64,000 bases of DNA from Pristiophorus japonicus (Eukaryota), in assembly GCF_044704955.1 (NCBI RefSeq), contig NC_091994.1, positions 88,288,001 through 88,352,000 on the forward strand. The letters are read 5' to 3'. Shown piece by piece: positions 51,430 to 62,182 of this stretch (its first letter is position 1; each line of letters opens with the position of its first letter). The position numbers were made by a program, and so were the translations under genes. The notes beneath the pieces are model-generated. The model was not told where the DNA came from. It saw only the letters and a list, made by a program, of their open reading frames with translations, and did no database searches.

Positions 51430-54400
51430 CAACAACAACAACTTGTATTTGTTATGTATTGAATAAAGTGTCTGACCAGATACTGTGAGCTCAAAGTAAC
51501 ATGTGACCGTAGTCCTTTAATACAGGTCTCCAGAATGCCTCTCCAGCCTGTGAGGCCTCCTTATGTACAGGTGCTCCCAAAGGATTGTGGGATCCCTTGG
51601 GACTCCAGGGGATGAGCCCTCTGGTGGTTAAACAGGTATTTACAGGTTTACATATATAACAACACTCCCCCCCCCCCCCTCAAAGTCAGTAGTGTAACTA
51701 TTTACAATGTGAGTCGATCTGGGGCCTTCCTTTCCCTGGTTGATCATCTCGGTGCAAATGCTGGTTTTGGTGAGTCGTTTGTTGGGTCCTCGCTGGGCTG
51801 TTGTGCAGCTGGCCTTGCTGGGCTGCCTGCGTAGTGAGTTCTGCTGGGCTGCTGTGGGTGATGGGTTCTGCTTCGTGGTCAACCGCTGGGTCGGTTGCCA
51901 CTGGTGTGTGTGTTGGAGGGTCAAAAAAGGTAGAGTCTATTGTGGGTTGCTCTGGATAGTCCGTAAATCTGAGTTTGGTTTGGTCCAAGTGTTTCCTGCA
52001 GGTGAGTCCATTTGAAAGTTTGACCAGAAACACCCTACTCCCTTCTTTGGCCATGACAGTGCCGGGAAGCCACTTGGGACTTTGTCCATAGTTCAACACA
52101 AATACAGGATCATTAATCTCAATTTCGCGTGACACATTTGCGCGATCATGATATGCACTTTGTTGGAGCTGCCTGCTCTCTACCTGTTCATGTAGATCAG
52201 GGTAGACTAAAGTGAGCCTTGTCTTAAGTGCCCTTTTCATGAACAGTTCAGCAGGGGGAACCCCTGTGATCGAGTGGGGTCTTGTGCGGTAGCTAAGCAT
52301 GACTCGGGATAGGCGAATCTGCAGTGAGCCTTCAGTTATCCTCTTCAAGCTCTGCTTGATTGTTTGCACTGCTCTCTCTGCCTGACTATTGGATGCTGGT
52401 TTAAACGGGGCAGATGTGACATGTTTGATCCCATTACGGGTCATGAACTCTTTGAACTCGGCACTGGTGAAGCACGGCCCATTGTCACTCACAAGGACAT
52501 CAGGCAGGCCATGCGTGGCGAACATGGCCCTCAGGCTTTTAGTGGTGGCAGTGGGCGTGCTTGCCGACATTATCTCAAATTCAATCCTTTTGGAGTACGC
52601 ATCTATAACCACTAGGAACATTTTTCCCAAGAATGGGCCTGCATAGTTGGCATGGACCCTAGACCACGGTTTGGAGGGCCAAGACCATAAACTTAGTGGC
52701 ACCTCCCTGGGTGCATTGCTTAACTGTGAACATGTATTACATTTGTGCACGCAGGACTCTAAGTCTGCATCGATTCCGGGCCACCACACGTGGGATCTGG
52801 CTATCGCTTTCATCATTACAATGCCTGGGTGGGTACTGTGGAGATCACTAATGAAAGTGTCCCTGCCCTTTTTGGATACCACTACCCGATTACCCCATAG
52901 GAGGCAGTCTGCCTGTATAGACATTTCATCTTTGCGCCGCTGGTACGGCTTTATTTCTTCCTGTATTTCTAACGTGACACTGGTCCAGCTCCCGTGAAGC
53001 ATACAGTTTTTACTAAGGACAGTAAGGGGTCCTGGCTCATCCAGGTTCTAATCTGTCGGGCGGTAACAGGTGATTGCTCACTCTCGAATGCTTCCATTAC
53101 TATGACTAAATCTGCGGGCTGTGCCATCTACACCCCTGTGGTGGGCAATCGCAGCCTACTGAGAGCATCGGCGCAGTTTTCTGTGCCTGGCCTGTGGCGG
53201 ATGGCGTAGTTGTATGCGAACAACGTGGGCGCCCATCTCTGGATGTGGGCTGATGCATTCGTATTTATCCTCTTACTTTCAGAAAAAAGGGCCATCAGTG
53301 GCTTATGGTTGGTTTCCAATTCAAATTTGAGCCCAAACAGATATTGATGCATTTTCTTTACCCCATAAACACACGCTAACATTTCTTTTTCGATCATACT
53401 GTAGGCCTTCTCAGCCTTAGACAGACTTCTGGATGCATAAGCAACCGGTTGCAATTTCCCCGATTCATTAGCTTGTTGCAATACACATCCGACCCCGTAT
53501 GACGACGCATCACATGCTAGTACCAAACGTTTACATGGATCATACAACACAAGCAATTTGTTTGAGCATAACAGTTTTCTAGCTTTTACAAAGGCATTTT
53601 CTTGGCTGTTACCCCATACCCATTCGTCTCCCTTATGCAGTAAAGCGTGTAGTGGTTCTAACAGTGTGCTAAGACCGGTAAGAAGTTACCAAAGTAGTTC
53701 AGGAGTCCCAGAAACAACCCCAGCTCCGTCATGTTCTGTGGTCTCAGTGCGTTTTCGATTCTCTCCGTCTTCGAATCGGTGGGCCTGATGCCGTCCGGCG
53801 TGATTCTTCTCACCAAGAACTCCACTTCATGCGCCAGGAAAATGCATTTTGTGCGTTTTAACCTGAGCCCCACGTGATTAAGCCAACTAAGAACCTCCTC
53901 CAAGTTCTGCAGGTGCTCGACGGTGTCCCGACCTGTAACCAAGGTATTGTCCTGGAAGACCACGGTGAGCGGGATCGATTTCAGTAAAGTTTCCATGTTT
54001 CTCTGGAATATCACCGCAGCTGATCAAATCCCAAACGGGCATCTGTTGTAAATGAAGAGACCTTTGTGCGTGTTGATGCAGGTGAGGCCCTTCGATGATT
54101 CCGCCAGCTCCTGCGTCATGTAGGCTGAGGTCAAGTCCAGCTTCGTGAACGTTTTTCCTCCCGCCAGCGTTGCAAATAGGTCATCTGCCTTTGGTAGCGG
54201 GTATTGATCCTGCAGGGAGAAACGATTGATAGTTACTTTGTAATCACCACAGATTCTGACGGTGCCGTCTCCCTTGAGGACTGGAACAATCGAATTGGCC
54301 CACTCGTTGAATTCGATCGGCGAAATGATGCCCTCTCGTTGCAGTCAGTCCAGCTCGATCTCCACCCTCTCTCTCATCATGTACGGTACCGCTCTCGCCT

Positions 54401-56390
54401 TGTGATGGATGGGTCGCGCCCCCGGAATCAGGTGGGTCTGCATTTTTGCTCCTTGGAACTTCCCGATGCCTGGTTCGGACAGCGAGGGGAACTTGTTTAG
54501 GACCTGGGCACATGAAGTGTCGTCGACGAACAAGAGCGCTCCGACGTCATCCCAGTTCCAGCATATGTTCCCCAGCCAGCTCCTGTTGAGCAGCATGGGG
54601 CCATCGCCCGGTACCACCCAGAGTGGTAACTTATGCACCACTCCATTGTAGGAGACTTTTATGGTAGCACTGCCGATTATGGGAATCAGTTCCTTTGTGT
54701 AAGTTCTCAGTTTCATGCGAATGGGAGTCAGGACTGGCCTTGAAGCCTTGCTGCACCACAATTTATCGAAAGTCTTTTTTCTCATAATGGACTGGCTCGC
54801 GCCCGTGTCCAGCTCCATTGACACCGGGAGTCCATTTAATTCAACCTTCAGTATTATTGGGGGACACTTTGTGGTAAATGTGTGCACCCCATATACCTCT
54901 GCCTCCTCGGTCTGAGGCTCTGGTTCATCGTGATCCACCGTGGATCTGTCCTCCTCTGCAACATGGTGGTTTGCAGGATTAGCAGGGTTTGTAGCTCGTC
55001 TGCACATACATTGGAGATGTCCCATTGTTGCACAGCCCTTGCAAACGTATCCTTTGAAGCGGCATGAATGGAAATGATGATCACCTCCGCAGCGCCAACA
55101 AGGTGTTAATGGCCTTGCATTCACACCCTTGATGGTGGATTCTGAGACAACTGCGGACGTGCAGCTGCAGGCATGTGAGGCCTGCCCTGTACATTACGAT
55201 TCAAAAACAACATTACTTTGTTCACAATACTTGTAGCAGCACTTGTGTGCTGAGAGATTTGTTTGGTATTGTCACTGGTGGCAATGAACGCCTGGGCTAT
55301 CGCTATGGCTTTACTCAAGATTGGGGTCTCTACAGTCCAAAGTTTGCGAAGTATTACATCATGGCCAACGCCAAGTACAAAGAAGTCCCTGAGCATGTGC
55401 TCCAAGTGCCCTTCAAATTTGCAATGTCCTGCAAGGCGTCTTAGCTCGGCAATGTAGCTCGCCACTTCCTGGCCTTCAGACCTCTTGCACGTGTAGAACC
55501 GGTACCGCGCCATCAGAACGCTTTCCTTCGGGATTAGATGCTCCTGGACCAGTGTACACAAATCATCAACGATTTCCCTGTGGGTTTCACTGGAGCAAGC
55601 AGATTTTTCATGAGGCCATACGTTGGTACCTCGCAAACAGCGAGGAGAATCGGCCTTCGTTTGGCAGCGTTCGCTTCTCCTTCCAGCTCGTTGGCTATGA
55701 AGTATTGGTCGAGTCGCCCCACGAAGGTTTCCCAATCATCTCCCTCGGAAAATTTCTCCAGGATGCCCACTGTTCTCTGCATCGTTGCGGTGGAGTTCGT
55801 CATCTGTATCTCGTCACCAGTTATTATGTATTGAATAAAGAGTCTGACCAGATATTGTGAGCTCAAAGTAGTCCTTTATTACAGGTCTCCAGAGTGCCTC
55901 TCCAGCCTATGAGGCCTCCTTATGTACAGGTGCTCCCAAGGAATTGTGGGATCCCTTGGTACTCCAGGGGATGAGCCCTCTGGTGGTAAAACAAGATATT
56001 TACAGGTTTACATATATAACAGTATTTATATAGCGCCTTTAACGTAGTGAAACGTCCCAAGACGCTTCGCAGGAGTATTATGCAATAAAAAATTTAACAC
56101 CGAGTCGCATAAGTGGAAATTAGCACAGGTAAGATGTATGTTTTAAGGAGTGTCTTGAAGGAGGAAAGAGAGGTAAAAAGGTGGTTTAGGTAGGGAGCTC
56201 CAGAACTTGGGGCCTAGGCAACAGAAGGCATGGTCACCAATGGGTGAGCAATTATAATCAGGGATGCTCAGGAGGACAGAATTAGAGGAGTGCAGGCATC
56301 TGGGGGGGTTGTTGGACTGGAGGAGATTACAGTGATAGGGAGGGGCAAGGCCATTGAGAGATTTGAAAATAAGGATGAGAATTTTGAAAT
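51430..56390 (-). mobile_element. L2 3' fragment split by a Gypsy insertion (51430-51449 and 56022-56390)
   Basis: CAACAACAACAACTTGTATT|TATATAGCGCCTTT tail rejoins after the Gypsy is removed. Confidence 0.8.
51450..56021 (-). mobile_element. Full-length Ty3/Gypsy LTR retrotransposon, decayed
   Basis: LTRs 55822-56021 and 51450-51661; PBS TGGTGACGAG; G-rich PPT; perfect 5-bp TSD GTATT; gag-PR-RT-RH-IN with a 434-aa integrase ORF at 51698-53002. Confidence 0.95.
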
Positions 56391-57103
56391 GTCATGCCCT
56401 CCCCATCTAAATTATAATGCTATAAACTCCTTGCACATTTACATTTCTGAATGTAAAGTTCATCAGTGTCCTGTTAAAAGGACTTGCATGAGATTTTGCT
56501 CGCGCTGTCCGATATAACGCACATTGATGTGATTGGTGATGTGAAAACGTTTATCTTCCCTTCAGCTGAAAGGTAACCCACAGAACCAGCAACATGCCCG
56601 TTGAATACTTCACTGCATGAGAGCTCCCTGCTCTTCCTGGAGTGGCATTAGACTCGATGCCTCCTGTTGGAAATATTGGCACCGTTTCAGGTGTAACCCT
56701 CCACCGCCCACCTTCTCACTGCACCGCTGCGGAGTGTTTCAGCGCTTTTTTTCCCGGCCCCTTTGCTATTTTCTGGCCTGTTGGCATTGGAATATCGCTG
56801 AGTCACTGCCTGGTGTGCAGCATTTCTGCCATCGGGACCCCTGGCAGTAACTGGGACTGGGGCTTTAGTCCGGGTCCACTCGCAGGCCCAGCTGCTGTAC
56901 TCGGTGAATGAAGCTCGGCTTGATCGTCATTCCAGGCCCTTGGACAAGGCTGGCATGGCAGCTCCTTCCCACCTCTGCGAATCCATTCCCGGGGTCCCTG
57001 GGGCCTCTCGGGATTCTCAGTCAGTCCGAGACCCCGCTAATCCGGCCAAGTATCCATTTCCAGAGCTGCCTCGGCCCCGGTGCCCGCACCGGTGATCGCT
57101 TAC

Positions 57104-57240
57104 CAGTGCACCCGGGGCCTGAGGTCAACATCCCCGGGGCGCGAGCTCTCGGCTGTGCCGCTCGAGCGGATGAAGCAAATCAAAATAACGGCCAATAGCG
57201 CCCGCGCCCGACCCGCGCCATCGTAGCAACGGCTTCCCAT
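57104..57240 (-). other. Candidate captured first coding exon encoding a signal-peptide-like sequence
   Basis: ATG at 57240; MGSRCYDGAGRARALLAVILICFIRSSGTAESSRPGDVDLRPRVH; followed by a TG|GTAAGC donor; CpG-rich. Confidence 0.4.
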
Positions 57241-57356
57241 TCACACCTCCCCCCCGCCCCACCCCGACTCCCAGATGTCCGCGGACACCAGTTTGAGAAC
57301 CACTGCTGTAAGTGTTTTTTTTAAGCCAAGTGACCTCGAAGGCTGTACCTTCCTCG

Positions 57357-58946
57357 CAGTGGCGTAACTAGAGGATGTGGGCCCCAATGCAAACATAGAT
57401 TTAAAAAATCACAGGACGACAGGGAAAAGTGCAGCCAGCCAGGGAAGCCCCCGCGCAGCCGCCCCTTGAGTGAGGGGGTCCGGAGGGCCGAAGAGGGAGT
57501 TTGGGGTCTGGGGAGCTGGTGTGAGAGGGTGGATTTACGGGGTGGGAGATTACCGCGGAGTCCGGGAGCGGAGCTGAGCCGGCTGCGGATGGCGGGTCGA
57601 TGGCGCTCCAGGCTCGGCCTCTGTAGGATTTCCAGAGCGAGAATGTGGGCGAGATCTCGGTGCGGGAGGACGAGGTGCTGACCGTGTAAAGCGAGCACGA
57701 CATCGAGGGCTGGCTGGAGGGGGCCAACAGCCGCGGCCAGAGGGGCCTCTTCCTGGCCTCGTACATGCAGCTCCTGCGGGCTGGGAGCGGGAGCGACGCT
57801 GTGCCCGGTGCCGGTGCTGCCGAGCCTCCCGCTATGCCAATGTGCCATCTGGCGGCTACGACAGCCCGGCTCAGCCTCAGCCCCCCAGCGGTTTCCCCCT
57901 GCCGGCCTGCCCCGCCGCCAGCACCTTTTGTCCCCCGCGCCTTTCCCAAACAGGCGGCAGTGGCGGCGGCCTCGGGGGGCTGGTTCTGGCGGGGCTGCAG
58001 CACCAGGCATCGGGCAACGACGACGACTCGATGGTGGCGGACAAGCGCTGTCCGGGGGTGGCGAGAGCGGGTGAGGCGGTGGCAGCGGGTTCTCGGATTT
58101 CGACGGAACGGGCCGCTAGCCGGAATGTCCGGGGGGTCGGTGTCCTCTTCCTCCTTGGCCGCCGCCTCCTCCTCCAAGAGCACGGCCTCAGTCAGCGGGA
58201 ATCTCAACCGCTTCTCCACCTTCATCAAGTCGGGCGGCGAGGCGTTCATCCTGGGCAAGGCGGCCGGCTTCGCCAAGGCCGGCGACAAGATCTGCGTGGC
58301 GGGCGGCCTGCATGGCCCCGAGTGGCAGGAGAACTCTTACCTGTTTGCCTGCTCCATCAACGAGCCCACCAAGCAGACCGAGTTCGAGGGCATCCAGAGC
58401 TACATCTCGTACCACCTGGTGCCCAGCCACAGCCAGTGCCCGGTCAACCGGTGCTACAAGCACTTCGACAGGCTGTACGGCCGGCTGGTGGAGAAGTTCC
58501 CCATCATCTTGGTGCCCCACATCCCCGAGAAGCAAGTCACCGGCCACTTCGAGGAGCACTTCCATCGCCAAGCGGAAGAAAGGGCTGACCCTGTGGATGC
58601 ACCACATGACGAGCCGCCCGGCGCTGGCCTGCTGCGACGCCTTCTAGCACTTCCTCACCAGCAACGACGAGGAGGCTTGGAAGCAGGGCAAGAGGAAAGC
58701 TGAGAAGGACGACATGGTGGGGGGCAAATTCTGCCTGACGCTCAGCACCCTGCAGAGCCCCCTCGACCTGCAGGAGATGGAGAGTAGGGTCGACAGGTTC
58801 AAAACTTTCACCAAGAGGATGGACGAAAGCGTTTTCCAGCTGAGCCACACCGCCAACAAGTTCGCGAGGAAGCAGGTGGTGGGCCCCCCTTCAGGCGAGG
58901 GCCTCAGTGCCACTGCATTGGCTGCACTGGCAGAGTTACGCCACTG
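57357..58946. mobile_element. Pack-hAT: non-autonomous hAT element carrying an SNX18 gene fragment
   Basis: Perfect 13-bp TIR CAGTGGCGTAACT / AGTTACGCCACTG; perfect 8-bp TSD CTTCCTCG at 57349-57356 and 58947-58954. Confidence 0.92.
57600..58884 (+). pseudogene. SNX18: SNX18 pseudogene fragment (SH3, low-complexity region, PX, start of BAR), 3'-truncated
   Basis: MALQARPL*DFQSENVGEISVRE..DIEGWLEGANSRGQRGLF; NLNRFSTFIKSGGEAFILG; YKHFDRLYGRLVEKFP; in-frame stops and frameshifts; ends at RKQVVG. Confidence 0.9.
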
Positions 58947-58984
58947 CTTCCTCGTATTAACCCAGGAAGGTACAGCAACTCTTG

Positions 58985-59120
58985 AACTATCGGGGAGTCA
59001 AGGGTTATGGGGAACAGGCAGGAAAGTGGAGTTGAGGCCAAGATCAGAGCAGCCATTACTGAACGGCGGAGAAGGCTTGAGGGGCCATATGGCCAATCCT
59101 GCTCCTATTTCTTATGTTCT
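58985..59120 (+). mobile_element. Short CR1 3' end
   Basis: TCAAGGGTTATGGG...GATCAG...CCTGCTCCTATTTCTTATGTTCTT. Confidence 0.75.
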
Positions 59121-59259
59121 TAACTACACCTCATAGGCTTAAAGGGATGCATTAAGTTGCACACCGCAGCACTTTATCAGCAGATTAATAGTTTGTGCAA
59201 ACACATTTTTTTAAAGTTCAAATCTGTGTTATATTAAAAACCTGTGTCATATTTTACCC

Positions 59260-59618
59260 AGTTTTCTCCTCTCCTGAAGGCACTGATTCTTGCTGCGACA
59301 CATGTCTGAGTGCCTGCCACTCCCAGCATCTCAATCCGGTCATTCTTCATATGTAAACCCAGCCAGTGATTGCTATCATGCAGTTATCCAGCTGAGGGCA
59401 TCACAGCTGAGCCTGATCCTGGCCTCCCCTCATACATGTACTTTTCAGCAGGGGTAGTTGGATAGCGATCAGAAGCAGGAACCCTGGCTGATTTCCTGCT
59501 CCCCAACCCAGGGCACTGAACCCAATTATTAGGGCCCCTACTGCCATTCCAGGGCAGATGGTCTATCTCAGTACACTCTGTAACTTCCCTAGTCTGTACG
59601 ACTGAGTACTACACTAGT
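59260..59618 (-). mobile_element. tRNA-derived SINE, family B (head interrupted by RTE)
   Basis: Similar to 23235-23625. Confidence 0.6.
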
Positions 59619-60444
59619 GGAATCTACGGCGCGGCCTCGGACAACGTGGATCACTTTCCACACCTCGGGAGCCTACTATCAGCAAGGGCAGACATTGACG
59701 ATGAGGTTCAACACCAGTGCAGCAGTGCAGCCTTCGGTCGTCTGAGGAAGAGAGTGTTCGAAGGCCAGGACCTCAAATCTGGCACCAAGCTTAGGGTCTA
59801 CAAGGCTGTAATGATATCCGCCCTCCAATATGGCTGAGGGACGTGGACCATATACAGTAAACACCTCAAATCGCTGGAGAAATACCACCAACGCTGTTTC
59901 CACAAGATCCTACAAATCCTCTGGGAGGATAGACGCACCAACACCAGTGTTCTTCATCAGGCCAGCATCCCCAGCATCGAAGCACTGACCACACTTGACC
60001 TGCTCTATTGGGTGGGCCACATTGTTCGCATGCCCGACACAAGACTCCCAAAGCAAGCGTTCTACTTGGAACTCCTACACGGCAAGTGATCCCCAGGTGG
60101 GCAGAGGAAACATTTCCAGGACGCCCTCAAAGTCTCCTTGATAAAGTGCAACATCCCCACCGACACCTGGGAGTCCCTGACCAAAGACCGCCCTAAGTGG
60201 AGGAAGAGCATCCGGGAGGGCGCTGAGCACCTCGAGTCTCATCGCCGAGAGCATGCAGAAAACAAGCGCAGGTAGCGGAAGGAGCGTGCGGCAAACCAGA
60301 CTCCCCACCCACCCTTCAACGACTATGTGTTTCACCTGTGACAGAGACTGTAATTCTCGTATTGCACTGTACGGTCACCTGAGAACTCACTTTGAGTTGA
60401 AGCACGTCTTCCTCGATTTTGAGGAACTGCCTATGATGATGATG
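59619..60444 (+). mobile_element. RTE-clade LINE, 5'-truncated
   Basis: F.HLGS, AFGRLRKRVF and WVGHIVRMPD.RLPK motifs; (ATG)n tail; 11-bp TSD ACTACACTAGT at 59608-59618 and 60445-60455. Confidence 0.92.
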
Positions 60445-60992
60445 ACTACACTAGTTGCAATGCGATTGGCACTTGGCTGTCTTACTTTTTACCAAGTGAT
60501 CCATTGAGAGAGTTCAGTGTATTTAACTTGAATCTACAGAATTGTAATCCTTTTACCGGCTGAGGTTCTGGAAAATCTATTTGAATCCACAGTAGGAATG
60601 TGTGGCGAGCAGGCTAAGGCTCAACAGCTTGGAGTTATTTTTTACCACATATCAAAATTCTGCTCTATTACCGGACCAACAACTCTCCACGTCATCTGAC
60701 AAGGAATTCCCTAGCCCTATCAGTCAGGTGCCAACACAGAACCAAACAACAAGATTTTGGAGAGATGAAAACAAATATTCTGATCACGTTACAGATGGAC
60801 TTTGTTATCAGATGTTTTTAACCTTGACACTTGGGGGAAGTAGAAATGGTGTAGGATGAATTTTGCAGCCACGTTTATTTAAATTTATACAGAATTAAGG
60901 ACTCAGCTTTTTTATTTAGTCAGCCGGGTTTATGACAGATGCATAAATCCATCTCCAATGTTTGAGTCACAAAACCAAAAGACTGAGAATCC

Positions 60993-62182
60993 TGTTATGT
61001 CTTTAGATGTCCTGATAATGACTCTATGAGGCAAAGTATTGCACTTGAACTATAGTGACCTTAGTCCATTTAATATAACTCCAGAGTGAGGATACCACAC
61101 GGTGGACTCCCTTTTATACCTGGGTACCTGTGGTGTACAGGTGACCCCTGGGCCTCCAGCAGTTGCACCCTTTGGTGCCAGCATAATGTATACAGTGTGA
61201 ACCTTGTTGATGGTACCTCCGGTAAACAAGTCTCCATCTTATGCAACCGTGCAGTGACTACACAGAGAGTATATCTATAGTGAACATATATCACATCACT
61301 ACCCCCCCCCCCCCCAAGTCTTTTGTGCCAATACTTTTGCACTATGTGCTCTGGCTTGGCTCTCCCCAGACTTAAGTGCCAATAGCCCTTGCACCTTGGC
61401 TGTGCTTTGGCTTGGCTCTCTCCCTGTTAACCCCCAAGTCCTTATTGCCACAACGTTGGGTAGTGGTTACCAGTTGGGATGGTTCGATGATGCATGGGAC
61501 TTCAGTGGGCTCTGGGTGTGATCCATGTGTATGCTCATGGCTACATACATTCATTTTCCCCCCCCCCACATGTAGATCATGCCGGTGGCTCATCACATTC
61601 ATATACATTCAAGTCCAGAAAAGGAAATTTGCATTTACATCATTGCATTTGTGGTACAGTTGTGAAGCAAATACAGTGACTGGTGAGATACATTTCTGGT
61701 ACATCTTTGGGATCAGTGCTGGGGTCAGCACCGGTGCGTGAGGACAAGCTAGTTCCAGAGCTGCTGGATGGTGTCCAGGCAGCCTGGTGGCAGCGCGTTG
61801 CCCGGTACTGGCAGTGGGAACCCGGTTGGCTCGAGTTGCCTCTCTCGGGGCCTTTGCCGTTGCTCCTAGCGTTGGGCAGGTTCACAGATGCCTGTGACTT
61901 CCCTGTCCTCCTTGCGTCCTGGGTCACTGCTGCTCCCAGAGGAGCAGTCGTCTAGCAGTGCACAGGGAACTGCTAACTCGCTTGCCTGGCCGTTATTTGG
62001 TTTGGGATCCTGGCTGGTCCCAGTCCCAATTGGCAGAACCGCTGTGGGTGATCACTCGTTCCCGGCCGTAGCCTTGACGACGATGGGGTCTGGGGGCTGC
62101 GCCTTAGTGCAATTTGCTCTTTCAGGCTAGTAGTGCCATTGGGTGCCTGAGAGGTGAAGCCGATCAGGGGCAGGGTATCGAT
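60993..62182 (-). mobile_element. Gypsy-type 3' LTR (60993-61295), PPT and adjoining internal sequence
   Basis: TGTTATG...TCACA termini; C-run (PPT on the minus strand) at ~61302-61315; LTR layout like the other Gypsy LTRs. Confidence 0.7.

Larger units (their letters stand above)
51382..57305. mobile_element. hAT (Charlie-like) non-autonomous element hosting nested L2 and Gypsy and a GC-rich insert
   Basis: 14-bp TIR CAGTGGTTCTCAAA / TTTGAGAACCACTG; TSD CTTTAAGT (51374-51381) / CTGTAAGT (57306-57313). Confidence 0.8.

Noticed and set aside
57321-58288. Long minus-strand ORFs of 229 and 295 aa
   Set aside because: They are antisense shadows of GC-rich SNX18-derived sequence with no recognisable domain.
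57600-58884. Functional SNX18 gene or processed retrocopy
   Set aside because: It has in-frame stops from codon 9, frameshifts, a 3' truncation and no poly(A). SNX18 has a very large first exon, so lack of introns does not indicate retroposition, and the TIR/TSD explain the boundaries.
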